36,680 nucleotides of DNA from Terrimicrobiaceae bacterium (GCA_041752695.1 JBGSVZ010000125.1:1-36680); one strand, 5' to 3'. Shown: positions 18,049 through 26,630, counted from the stretch's first letter. The notes: a model not told the origin generated them from the letters alone. A program made the numbers and translations.

Positions 18049-18858
18049 CTATCTAACCGACCGCACCGTAAAGTCCGGCGTTTTGGCGTGGGCTTCGAGT
18101 TTGAGCAGGCCCTGGCTTTCCGCCGTTTTTAGCATGTCTTTGAAAGAGGCAAAACCATGGGCGCGTTCGTTAAAGCCCGGGTTTCGTCGCTTGAGGGCCT
18201 GTTTGATCATCGAGCCCCAAATGAGTCCGTCCTCACCGCGCTCCTCTTCCAATGCCAGCAGGGTAGCCATCATGGGATCCAAGGCCTGTTCGGCATTGGG
18301 TCCGGCGTCCGGGGTGGTGGCGGCTGGTTCAGCGGGCTTGTTGGTTCGGCGGGGTGTGGAACGGCGGGCAGGTGCGGGCTTCTGGCGGACCAGGTCATCG
18401 TAATAGAGAAACTGGTCGCAATTGTTGATAAAGAGGTCCGAGCTGGAGTTCTTCACGCCGACACCGACGACAGTCTTGGCATTCTCCCGCAGCTTGCTGA
18501 CCAAGGGGGAAAAATCCGAATCGCCGCTCAGAATGACAAAAGTATCCAGGTGTTGTTTGGTGTAGCAAAGGTCCAGGGCATCCACGACCATGCGGATGTC
18601 CGCGGAATTTTTGCCAGACTGCCGCACGTGGGGAATTTCGATCAGTTCGAAAGCGGCTTCGTGGAGGTTGCGCTTGAACTCCTTGTAGCGGTCAAAATCG
18701 CAATACGCTTTCTTGACGACGATGTGTCCGCGCAGAAGAAGCCGTTCCAAAACGAGTTGGATGTCGAAGGGTGGAAAACGCGCGTCCTTCGCTCCCAGGG
18801 CGATGTTCTCCAGATCGAGAAAAACCGCCATCGTTGCATCCGCCGTGGGTTCGCTCAT
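18049..18858 (-). CDS. NYN-domain (LabA/DUF88) protein with C-terminal OST-HTH/LOTUS domain
   Basis: VFLDLENI, KNSADIRMVVD, SGDSDFSPL; C-terminal PGFNERAHGFASFKDML. Confidence 0.92.
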   Translation of the reverse strand: MSEPTADATMAVFLDLENIALGAKDARFPPFDIQLVLERLLLRGHIVVKKAYCDFDRYKEFKRNLHEAAFELIEIPHVRQSGKNSADIRMVVDALDLCYTKQHLDTFVILSGDSDFSPLVSKLRENAKTVVGVGVKNSSSDLFINNCDQFLYYDDLVRQKPAPARRSTPRRTNKPAEPAATTPDAGPNAEQALDPMMATLLALEEERGEDGLIWGSMIKQALKRRNPGFNERAHGFASFKDMLKTAESQGLLKLEAHAKTPDFTVRSVR

Positions 18859-18900
18859 GGCGGGAACGCTAGCGGGGATTCTGGCGGACGACAAAGGCAA

Positions 18901-19701
18901 TCAGCGGCCCGCCTGGAGAAAGGCGGCGACCTCGCCCCACTCCTGCCCGATAAAGTCCGAGCAGTCGTGTCCGGCACCGGGGGCAAGCCAGCGGTGTTTG
19001 CGGCCTTCGTAGGCCTGATAGAGCTTTTCGCCCAGCGCCGTCGGAACGGTCCGGTCGCCCTCGCCCAAGATGAAGGCGACCGGGCCGGGGTATTTCTTGA
19101 GATTGTTCGCCGAATCAAAGCGCGTGCGCAGAAGGAGCGAAACCGGCAGCCATGGGTAGTGGGATCCGGCGGCGCTGACCAAAGAGTCAAACGGAGTGAC
19201 CAGAACAAGACCGGCAATTCTGGCCGGGCGAGCCGCCGCCAAAGCGCTGGCGACCCCGCTGCCGAGGGATTCGCCGACCACCCGAATCGTGCGCCCGGGC
19301 TGCGCGGCAAGAGTGTCGAGAGCCTCCACGGCGGCGGCCGTCAGGGATTTTTCTCCGGGTGCTCCCGGTCGTGCGCCGTAGCCGGGATATTCGACAATGA
19401 AGATTTTCCACGGAAAGCCCTGGTCGGCGAGGTAGGGGCGGTAATACGCGCGGCCCAGGGCGTAGCCGCCATTGCCGCCACAAATCAGAAGCGCCTGCGA
19501 GGCATCACCGCCCCGCGATTGCCAGCCGATGCGTTCCCCATCCGGATTGTGCCACGGTTCGAAATCTTCGGCCGCGGCGGCGCGATCCAGACTTTCCGCC
19601 GTGTCGCGGGTGGGGACAAAAACCATGTTGTCCTGGTTGAAATACAGAACAACCAAAATCATGAGGTAGCCGAGTGGCAGGATAAGTAAAAGGTTGATCA
19701 T
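18901..19701 (-). CDS. Alpha/beta hydrolase, membrane-anchored
   Basis: EYPGYG, GESLG nucleophile elbow, GEGDRTVP, GAGHD. Confidence 0.9.
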   Translation of the reverse strand: MINLLLILPLGYLMILVVLYFNQDNMVFVPTRDTAESLDRAAAAEDFEPWHNPDGERIGWQSRGGDASQALLICGGNGGYALGRAYYRPYLADQGFPWKIFIVEYPGYGARPGAPGEKSLTAAAVEALDTLAAQPGRTIRVVGESLGSGVASALAAARPARIAGLVLVTPFDSLVSAAGSHYPWLPVSLLLRTRFDSANNLKKYPGPVAFILGEGDRTVPTALGEKLYQAYEGRKHRWLAPGAGHDCSDFIGQEWGEVAAFLQAGR

Positions 19702-19793
19702 GGATGAACGGCGGACTGCCATGGCGCACCCTCGCACGGGGGAGGCCCGCTGGCGAGCGCATGCTGTGGGCGGAGCTTTCCGTCAAATCCCAG

Positions 19794-19863
19794 AATGTTG
19801 GAGTTCAGGCTTTAGCCTGCGCTTTATCCAGGAACAGTCCCGCATGCGCAACTGGACTCCAAC
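19794..19863. repeat. Inverted REP doublet (REPIN-like)
   Basis: AATGTTGGAGTTCAGGCTTTAGCCTG at 19794-19819 (+) and CTGGACTCCAAC at 19852-19863, an inverted degenerate copy. Confidence 0.65.
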
Positions 19864-19943
19864 CGTCCCGCTGCCAAATCGAAATCCCGGTCGAGGCGCG
19901 AGGGCACTTTCGTTTTCGAAAAACTCCGCTAGATTCCCCGGCT

Positions 19944-20579
19944 ATGAACGATGTCCCTGTCCAAGCGCCACTTCGCCGATCCCGCTGGCCCTTCGTGTTG
20001 CTGGCGTTGCTGGCCGTGCTGCTTCTTGTTGGCGGGCTTGTCTGGTGGTTCACTCGGCCGATTCGTCCTGTGGTGCTCAGCCCGGAGGAAAAAGCCACGG
20101 TGGAGGCGAAGCTTGCCTCCATCCAGTCTCCGGCCGGCGTCCCCGTGACCCCTCCGCCGGCCGGCGTTCCCGAGCCGGTCTATGAGCGCGGAAAGAAGGA
20201 CGTCATTCTCACGGAACGCGAAATCAACGGACTCCTGAATGCCAACACCGATCTCGGACAAACCCTGAGTTTTCAATTTGGGACCGATGCCGTGCTTGCG
20301 CGCTACGAGACCGATCTGGATCCCGATCTTCCATTTTTGGGCGGGCGGAAATTCAAGGCCCGCGCCAAGTTTATTGTCAGCGAAGCCTCGGGTCAGCCTG
20401 CTCTCATTATTGACGACCTCACGATCTGGGGAATCTCCCTGCCCAACGAGTGGCTGGGCGGCGTGAAGGGGCGTAATCTTCTCGGCGAAATGCTCGGCTC
20501 GGAAAATGGGGGGCGGCTCCCAGGGGTGGAATCGTTCAGCGTCCGGCCGGGTCAGCTTGTGATCAAACTGGCGGAATAG
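19944..20579 (+). CDS. Hypothetical protein with N-terminal membrane anchor
   Basis: WPFVLLALLAVLLLVGGLVWWF TM helix followed by a soluble domain (LTEREINGLL). Confidence 0.8.
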   Translation: MNDVPVQAPLRRSRWPFVLLALLAVLLLVGGLVWWFTRPIRPVVLSPEEKATVEAKLASIQSPAGVPVTPPPAGVPEPVYERGKKDVILTEREINGLLNANTDLGQTLSFQFGTDAVLARYETDLDPDLPFLGGRKFKARAKFIVSEASGQPALIIDDLTIWGISLPNEWLGGVKGRNLLGEMLGSENGGRLPGVESFSVRPGQLVIKLAE

Positions 20580-21390
20580 GAGGTTCGTCGCCTTTGGCTT
20601 TTTTGCCCTTCGGACCCTCTTCCACAAAGCGGTCGAACCACGTCCGGCCTTCATAGACCAAAGCGCGTTGCAGTCCCGGGTCGAGGCGGGCCACCAGCGC
20701 GTCGTAAGCGGAACGGGCCGCCTTGTATCTCGCCGGAGCCAGCGTGCAGGTCTCCACGATGCCCAAATTGTCCAGGCCGCGCGGCAGGCTGCAAACATTA
20801 GCCATCACTTCATCGATCACTTCATCGCTCAGCAGCATGTCGGTGCCGGCGTCGGAATGGCGAAGATTGCGGTCCTTCACCCGCCCGCTGGGCGTTTGCG
20901 TCAGCAGCCATTTGGCCAGACGGATGGAACTGAGAAACTCCCGGCGGGATGCCGCGTGCGTCTCCAGCCAGAGCCACGCTTCTTTCGCGTCGGCGCAGGA
21001 GGTGCTGAGTAAAAGCAAAGTGCGCGGCGCGGTTTCTTCCAGTCCCATCAGCATGGGAGACTCCGGCAGCGCGGCCACGAGTTTGATTCGGTCGATGGCC
21101 AGGGTGGTCACGCCTTTGACTCCAAGACGCTCCAGGGTTTGCAGCCAGAGATTGACGTCCGGCGTGCCCTTGCTCTGTTCGAGCAGGCCGATGCCGAGAA
21201 GTTTCACGGCCATGGACAACCCGGAGCGAATCATTTCGACACTGCGTGTGCCGAAAAATTTCGCCGAAAGTTCCGCCGTCATCACGGTCAGGTCCTCCTG
21301 CCATTTCGCACAAGAGGGGTGGTCGCTTTTTTTGGCGGAGGCAATCGCCGCGGTGAGCGGATCGCGGTCGTCCGTGGTGGCGAGCAACAT
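20563..21390 (-). CDS. Hypothetical protein, 4th gene of the J-domain operon (putative AtcC-like)
   Basis: 275 aa; starts 3 nt after the upstream gene's stop; assignment from operon position only. Confidence 0.7.
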   Translation of the reverse strand: MLLATTDDRDPLTAAIASAKKSDHPSCAKWQEDLTVMTAELSAKFFGTRSVEMIRSGLSMAVKLLGIGLLEQSKGTPDVNLWLQTLERLGVKGVTTLAIDRIKLVAALPESPMLMGLEETAPRTLLLLSTSCADAKEAWLWLETHAASRREFLSSIRLAKWLLTQTPSGRVKDRNLRHSDAGTDMLLSDEVIDEVMANVCSLPRGLDNLGIVETCTLAPARYKAARSAYDALVARLDPGLQRALVYEGRTWFDRFVEEGPKGKKAKGDEPPIPPV

Positions 21391-21393
21391 CCT

Positions 21394-22092
21394 TTAGATA
21401 TCCACGAACTCATCCGCGGCCTCGGCTCCGGGCTCGGGCTGGTGCGAGGCGGCGACGCGTTGCAATTCGTTGAGGATGTCGCGGGCAAAAGCACCATCGA
21501 CATCTTTGACGCTTTCCAGGGTGTCCTGGTAGTGCGACCGCATGGTCGTGCGTGCGCCGGGCTGGAGTTCGAACGCGATTTCCCACAGCTGCTGCCAGCT
21601 ATCTTTCGCGAAAGGCGAACTGGCGGCCTGGGTGAGAAGTTGCTCGCGTCCGTTCTGGCCAATGCCGAGAAAATACAAGGTGTCGACCGCATATTCCTTG
21701 GTGAGAAAAACCTTCATCATCTCCTTGGCGCGGGCCTCGTCGGCCGTGCCGAACATCATCGGACAGAGGAAATCCTCAATGTCCTGCCGGCGGATCAAAT
21801 AGTCCTCCGCGCTGGGAATTTTCGCCAACTGGCTCCAGTTCGAGCCGATGCGTTCAAAGGCCGCCAACATTTGTTCCGGCGTGGCGTAAAGGTGGACCAT
21901 CGAGACTTTGGTCATGTCCGCTTCGAGGGCCAGCGCCAGAATGTCGTCGGCCGGCAACTCTCCAACAATCACAGCCAGTTGCGCGTCGTCGGCCTCCTTG
22001 GCCAGGGCGACGAGGCTGTATTCTCCGGCGGAAGCTCCGCTGGCCAGGGCGGCGCGCACCAGCGCGGTGGAAGGGTTTTCAGTCATGGTCAT
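21394..22092 (-). CDS. Hypothetical acidic protein, 3rd gene of the J-domain operon (putative AtcB-like)
   Basis: 232 aa; overlaps the upstream gene's stop; assignment from operon position. Confidence 0.72.
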   Translation of the reverse strand: MTMTENPSTALVRAALASGASAGEYSLVALAKEADDAQLAVIVGELPADDILALALEADMTKVSMVHLYATPEQMLAAFERIGSNWSQLAKIPSAEDYLIRRQDIEDFLCPMMFGTADEARAKEMMKVFLTKEYAVDTLYFLGIGQNGREQLLTQAASSPFAKDSWQQLWEIAFELQPGARTTMRSHYQDTLESVKDVDGAFARDILNELQRVAASHQPEPGAEAADEFVDI

Positions 22093-22558
22093 TCATCTCC
22101 TCGTCGTCTTCGTCCTCGTTTTCCTCGGATTCATTGTCTTCCGCTTCGGCGGCGGCTTGGGCCACTTTGTTTTGTTCGCGGGCATTCAAAATGATCGCAT
22201 TCCAGATGGCCTCGGGTTGTTTGTCCCAAAGCCCATCCCAAGCCGGTTTGGCGGAGGCGGCAACCTTGACCAACTTTTGCGCCTTCAGGCTGGCCAGCAC
22301 GGTGGCCGGACTGGGATTGGAGAGAATCAACTTTTCCAGCGCCGCTTTTTTCTCAAAGAGCAACCGGCGATGGAAAGCGAGGCCGATGTACACCTGAAAC
22401 TCCTCCGCGGACGCCGCCAGGGTCTCGATTTGACCAAGAAGCGCGTCTCCCTGCGCGATCAGTTCGCGGTCTCCCTCTTGCCGGCTTTTGCTTCGTCGAT
22501 AAACAGATTGCACCTGTTCGTTAAATTCCTCCTGCACACTGGCGGTCATCATTGTCAT
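22079..22558 (-). CDS. Hypothetical helical protein with acidic tail, 2nd gene of the J-domain operon (putative AtcA-like)
   Basis: About 159 aa with C-terminal EDNESEENEDEDDEE; 14 nt after the J-domain gene. Confidence 0.72.
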   Translation of the reverse strand: MTMMTASVQEEFNEQVQSVYRRSKSRQEGDRELIAQGDALLGQIETLAASAEEFQVYIGLAFHRRLLFEKKAALEKLILSNPSPATVLASLKAQKLVKVAASAKPAWDGLWDKQPEAIWNAIILNAREQNKVAQAAAEAEDNESEENEDEDDEEMNDHD

Positions 22559-22572
22559 TAAAATTATCGTCC

Positions 22573-22833
22573 CTAGCACTGCCCGAAATAATCAGCGACC
22601 AGTTCGCTGGCGGTGTCCCGCACGGACGTCACCGGTTTTTTGCTCCACGAAGCGTCGTATTCCCGTCGGCTTTTGGCATCGCCAATCACTTCGTAAGCAG
22701 CCTGGATGCGGCGAAAGACTTCCGGCGCGCCACCGCGGTCCGGGTGGTGGACCCCGGCCAGACGCCGGTAGGCGGATTTGATCTCTTCCTGGGTTGCGTC
22801 AAATTTCAGGCCCAGGGATTGGTAGTGCAGCAT
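22573..22833 (-). CDS. Short J-domain (DnaJ class C) co-chaperone, AtcJ-like
   Basis: HYQSLGL..IKSAYRRLAGVHHPDRGG..IQAAYEVIGD (HPD motif) plus a ~22-aa C-terminal extension; 86 aa. Confidence 0.92.
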   Translation of the reverse strand: MLHYQSLGLKFDATQEEIKSAYRRLAGVHHPDRGGAPEVFRRIQAAYEVIGDAKSRREYDASWSKKPVTSVRDTASELVADYFGQC

Positions 22834-22924
22834 GCGGGGGGTTACAATGGCCCGCTTTTTTCAAATAGCAACCACGGTGCGCGAAACGTCACGAAGCGCA
22901 GGGACTCCTCGAACCTCATTCCGC

Positions 22925-23066
22925 CGGGAAAATGGGGTGACCGACGGGATGATCGCGGCGGACCGCGATCTGCAAGTTTGGCTTTGCGGTAGGGAATGCG
23001 CTTCGCGCAGGGCGGTCGAACCCTGCGGGTTCTCGTCGCGTCGGGAAAATGGGGTGACCGACGGGA
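22925..23066. repeat. 25-bp perfect direct repeat containing a tRNA 3' end, 117-bp period
   Basis: CGGGAAAATGGGGTGACCGACGGGA at 22925-22949 and 23042-23066. Confidence 0.95.
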
Positions 23067-23077
23067 AACGAACCCGC
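23050..23077 (-). other. Attachment site: 3' fragment (T-arm, acceptor strand, CCA) of a tRNA, likely tRNA-His
   Basis: Minus strand reads GCGGG-TTCGTTT-CCCGT-CGGTCACC-CCA. A C discriminator with a ...CACCCCA end is typical of tRNA-His; lies 70 bp from the integrase start. Confidence 0.8.
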
Positions 23078-23110
23078 AAGTTTTACCTAAGTAGAAGGCA
23101 AAAAATGGCC

Positions 23111-23139
23111 TTGCAGGACAAATGCAGGACAATTAGGGT
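23111..23139 (+). promoter_or_regulatory. Putative integrase promoter overlapped by tandem arm-type repeats
   Basis: TTGCAG-N17-TAGGGT ends 7 nt before the ATG at 23147; TGCAGGACAA repeated at 23112-23121 and 23123-23132. Confidence 0.6.
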
Positions 23140-23146
23140 GTCTTTT

Positions 23147-24448
23147 ATGCCATCAAAAACCCAGAAAGTGCGCGGCCCGGTCGAAATCGTCGAAGCCAAG
23201 GGAATTAAGATTCCGGTGTATCTCAGCCCGATTCGGGGAGTGGAAAGTTACCAGCTTGCGTTTTACAGGGCGGGGAAGCGCGACCGCGAGCGAGTCGCAT
23301 CGCTCGATTCCGCACGCATACGGGCCAAGGAGTTGATCGAGGAATTGGCGGAAGGAACCGCGCATGTTGCCTCCTTTAATCCCAAGCAGACCGCGGCGAT
23401 CAATGAGGCGGTGGAGATCCTGCAGCCGACCCGCGTCTCCTTGACGGAGGCCGCCCGCCAATTCGCGGAGGTCTATACTCTCCTTGATGGGAAAGGAACC
23501 CTGGTAGAGGCAGTTAAATATTTTTTAGCAGAGCGGAAAAAAGCGCAGCTTCCGTCGATCAAGTTCGCCGCTCTGGTGAAACAATATTTGGAGAATATCC
23601 GGGATGATAAAAAGTCCCGGCGTTACCGGCTGGATATGCAGGCGCGTTTGAACAAAGCGAAGGAGACTTTCTCCGCCAACGTGGCGGACATTCGCGCCAC
23701 GGACATCAACCTCTGGCTCAAGGAAATGAAGCACACTACGGGGAGGACGAAGAACAACTATCGGTCCGCTCTGGCCACTCTTCTTGCCTACGCTCGCGAG
23801 GAAGGATACTTGCCGCGCGGAGTCCAGACCGAGGCCGAATTTTCCAAGCGTTATGACGGCAAGGGGGGTGATATCGGAATCTACACCCCGGAGAAGCTGC
23901 ACACGCTGCTTTTCCAGATTGAGCCGCGGCTTGTACCGTTTTTGGCCGTTGGTGCGTTTGCCGGGCTCAGAACGGCTGAGATCGTGCGCCTTGAATGGCC
24001 GGAAATCCGCTTCGGGCAAAACGTCATCGAAATCAAGGCGTCCAAATCAAAGACGGCCAGTCGCCGCCTAGCTCCGATTCTGCCAGTTCTAGCGGAATGG
24101 CTGGCTCCCTTCCGAAAGGACAATGGGCGGGTTTTGGTCGGCGTCCTCGATGAATTCGCGATTGCCACACAATTCAAAAAGGCCGTGGACGCCATCACCG
24201 ATGAAAAAGGGAATTCCCTGGTGAAGATCGTCCACAATGGTCTGCGTCACTCGTTCATCAGCTACCGGGTGGCCATTCTGAAAAGTGCCGCAGAAGTGGC
24301 GCTGGAGGCCGGCAATAGCTCGCGCATGATATTTGAGCATTACCGCGAATTGGTCACCGAAGCGGAAGCCAAGGAGTGGTTTGCGCTCCGACCGGACGTA
24401 AGTCGGCTGCTGGCGCTGAAAGAAGAGGCCGAAAAGCATAAGGAATAG
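23147..24448 (+). CDS. int: Tyrosine recombinase / integrase
   Basis: FAGLRTAEI (R), KSK (K), HNGLRHSFISY, EAGNS..IFEHY (catalytic Y); adjacent to the att site. Confidence 0.93.
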   Translation: MPSKTQKVRGPVEIVEAKGIKIPVYLSPIRGVESYQLAFYRAGKRDRERVASLDSARIRAKELIEELAEGTAHVASFNPKQTAAINEAVEILQPTRVSLTEAARQFAEVYTLLDGKGTLVEAVKYFLAERKKAQLPSIKFAALVKQYLENIRDDKKSRRYRLDMQARLNKAKETFSANVADIRATDINLWLKEMKHTTGRTKNNYRSALATLLAYAREEGYLPRGVQTEAEFSKRYDGKGGDIGIYTPEKLHTLLFQIEPRLVPFLAVGAFAGLRTAEIVRLEWPEIRFGQNVIEIKASKSKTASRRLAPILPVLAEWLAPFRKDNGRVLVGVLDEFAIATQFKKAVDAITDEKGNSLVKIVHNGLRHSFISYRVAILKSAAEVALEAGNSSRMIFEHYRELVTEAEAKEWFALRPDVSRLLALKEEAEKHKE

Positions 24449-24604
24449 TTTCCTTTGCCCGCCCGGAGTGTGAAGAGATTCTGTTCTCCGGCGTCGGTGG
24501 AGAAGTTCTCTCATTGAGGTGATGGTTTATTTTTATGTAAATTCAACTAGAATTACTGGAGATTTGTGTGCAAATTTACTCCGTGAGTTTAAAAAGATGC
24601 GAAT

Positions 24605-25390
24605 ATGGCTAGAAATATTGGTGATTCTTGTAGCAAGATAAACCAGCAGCTGCTCACGGCTCCCCGGGGGGCCGTGTTGACATTGAAATGGCTGAATGAT
24701 CGGGGAATATCCCCAAAACTGGCGAACTACTACGTGTCGTCCGGTTGGTTGCACCGGGTAGGTGCAGGGGCGTTTACGACGACGGCAGAATTGCCCTCTT
24801 GGATTGGCGCGGTGTTCGGGCTTCAGCAAAAATCCGAAATTCATCCGGGAGGAATCACGGCGTTGGAACTGGCAGGTCGGAGTCATTTTTTGTCATTGGG
24901 GGATCCGGCCATTAATCTGTTTGGAAGAAAAGGAGAACGCCTGCCTGCTTGGTTTCGAAATCTTTCGCGACCTCGCAATGTGCATTTTCTGGCGACCGAA
25001 TTTTTGCCGCTAGGTATCGGTCTGCAGGAGCATCGGGCCGGAAATTTTACGATCAAGATAGCGGGTGAGGAACGAGCGGTATTGGAATTTCTCCACGAGC
25101 AAAAAACGGACGCGGCTGGGTATGAACACATGCAATTGATCTTCGAGTCCCTCGGCACCTTGCGCGCGAATGTGGTTCAAGCGTTGCTCGAAAATTGCTC
25201 TTCCGTGAAGGTAAAGCGGCTCTTCCTCTATTTGGCTGAAGAGCATCTGCATCCATGGTTCAAAGAACTGAACGTCGAAAAAATCCCGCTAGGAGTCGGG
25301 AAACGGATGCTGTTCAGCGGCGGAAGGCTTGATAAAAAATATCTGATCACGGTACCGACGCCCAACAATATTCCTGCTGACGCTCCATGA
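24605..25390 (+). CDS. abiEi: Type IV TA antitoxin, AbiEi family
   Basis: wHTH N-terminus (YVSSGWLHRVGAGAF), GGITALEL, ERAVLE, CSSVKVKRLFLYLAE, LGVGKRML; ATGA overlap with the toxin. Confidence 0.9.
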   Translation: MARNIGDSCSKINQQLLTAPRGAVLTLKWLNDRGISPKLANYYVSSGWLHRVGAGAFTTTAELPSWIGAVFGLQQKSEIHPGGITALELAGRSHFLSLGDPAINLFGRKGERLPAWFRNLSRPRNVHFLATEFLPLGIGLQEHRAGNFTIKIAGEERAVLEFLHEQKTDAAGYEHMQLIFESLGTLRANVVQALLENCSSVKVKRLFLYLAEEHLHPWFKELNVEKIPLGVGKRMLFSGGRLDKKYLITVPTPNNIPADAP

Positions 25391-26304
25391 AGGACAGCGC
25401 CTTTTTTCCGCAAGCTGATCTGCTTTTGCAGGTGTTGCCGTTTGTTCATGTCGAAAGCTGTTTCGCACTGAAAGGCGGCACCGCCCTCAATTTTTTCGTG
25501 CGCAATTTTCCGCGGCTCTCGGTGGACATTGACCTCGTTTATCTCCCAATTGAAGATCGCGTGTCCACGCTGAGGGGAATTGCTGAGGCTTTGGAGCGCA
25601 TTGCTGTGAAGGCCGAAAGAGCGCTGGCTGCAAAGGTGACGAGATTGCGGCTGAAAGACGGCAACCAAGTTTATAAATTGCTCGTTCGTGGTGCCAACGG
25701 AGCCGAGATCAAGGTCGAGCCCAACCTGATTCTTCGAGGGGCCTTGCATCCGACGATCGATATGCCGCTTGTTCCAACGGCGGTAGAGTTTTTTGGTCGA
25801 GCAGTGACGATGCGTGTGGTTTCTCTGCCGGATCTTTACGGGGGGAAATTTTGTGCAGCCTTGGATCGGCAACATCCCCGCGATTTGTTCGACGTTCACC
25901 TTTTGCTCAGGAATGAGGGAATTACAGACGTTATCCGTCGCGCCTTTGTGGTGTTCCTTGCCAGCCACGGTAGGCCGATGAACGAACTTCTGACGCCGAA
26001 CCGCAAAGACCTCGCTGATGTGTATGCCAATCAGTTCGTTGGGATGGCGAGGGAGGAGGTTTCGCTGGAAATCCTGGTAGATACGCGGGAGCAACTCATC
26101 GCGAGACTCAATGCCGAAATGACCGAGGCGGAACGGTATTTTCTGCTTTCGCTCAAACGTTTGGAACCTCAGTGGGACACGCTGGGATTCCCGAATCTTG
26201 ATCAGCTTCCGGGAATCAAGTGGAAGCTTCAGAATTTGCAGCGAATGGACAAGGCCAAGCGGCTGGCGGCCGAAAAATTGCTGCAAGAAAAGCTCGGATT
26301 ATAG
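25387..26304 (+). CDS. abiEii: Type IV TA toxin, AbiEii/AbiGii nucleotidyltransferase
   Basis: FALKGGTALN, RLSVDIDL, GKFCAALDRQHPRDLFD. Confidence 0.93.
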   Translation: MKDSAFFPQADLLLQVLPFVHVESCFALKGGTALNFFVRNFPRLSVDIDLVYLPIEDRVSTLRGIAEALERIAVKAERALAAKVTRLRLKDGNQVYKLLVRGANGAEIKVEPNLILRGALHPTIDMPLVPTAVEFFGRAVTMRVVSLPDLYGGKFCAALDRQHPRDLFDVHLLLRNEGITDVIRRAFVVFLASHGRPMNELLTPNRKDLADVYANQFVGMAREEVSLEILVDTREQLIARLNAEMTEAERYFLLSLKRLEPQWDTLGFPNLDQLPGIKWKLQNLQRMDKAKRLAAEKLLQEKLGL

Positions 26305-26324
26305 CCGGGCAAAGCCTTTTCACT

Positions 26325-26630
26325 TCATCGTAAAATCTCGTCGCGGGTTGCCTTTGTCGTGGCGCGAAGAGCGGTCAGCAACTCCGGGCGTCGGAATAAT
26401 CGATGCCGTCCCAGCTTGTAGCTCGGGAGGAGTCCTTGTTGAACGTATTGGTGGAGGGAGCGCAAGGGGATCCCAAGGAAGGCGGCCGCCTCCTTGGCGT
26501 CGATGAAGCCATTATGTTCCTCGGGTTCGGTTTCGTTTCCCGTCGCGGCCGGGAACCGCTCCGACCGGGTCGCGCTGAGGAAAGCGAGCGGGGCCTGACT
26601 ATATCTCCATCTGCCGGATTTCAGCTTCAT
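26325..26630 (-). CDS. Excisionase-like helix-turn-helix protein
   Basis: IDAKEAAAFLGIPLRSLHQYVQQGLLPSYKLGRHRLFRRPEL is a MerR/HTH_17 Xis-like pattern. Confidence 0.8.
   Translation of the reverse strand: MKLKSGRWRYSQAPLAFLSATRSERFPAATGNETEPEEHNGFIDAKEAAAFLGIPLRSLHQYVQQGLLPSYKLGRHRLFRRPELLTALRATTKATRDEILR

Noticed and set aside
22925..23066. Repeat-spacer-repeat pattern as a CRISPR array
   Set aside because: Only two copies, a 92-bp spacer and no cas genes; the repeat is explained as a tRNA 3' end.
23000..23120. Complete tRNA gene
   Set aside because: Only the T-arm and acceptor 3' strand are present, the T-loop is altered (TTCGTTT), and there are no D or anticodon arms upstream on the minus strand.
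22832..23146. N-terminal extension of the integrase with a repeated RRENGVTDG peptide
   Set aside because: The peptide repeat is just the translated att repeat; promoter-like elements point to the ATG at 23147.
24537..24591. AbiEi operator inverted repeat
   Set aside because: Only short, imperfect inverted matches in AT-rich DNA; cannot be delimited with confidence.
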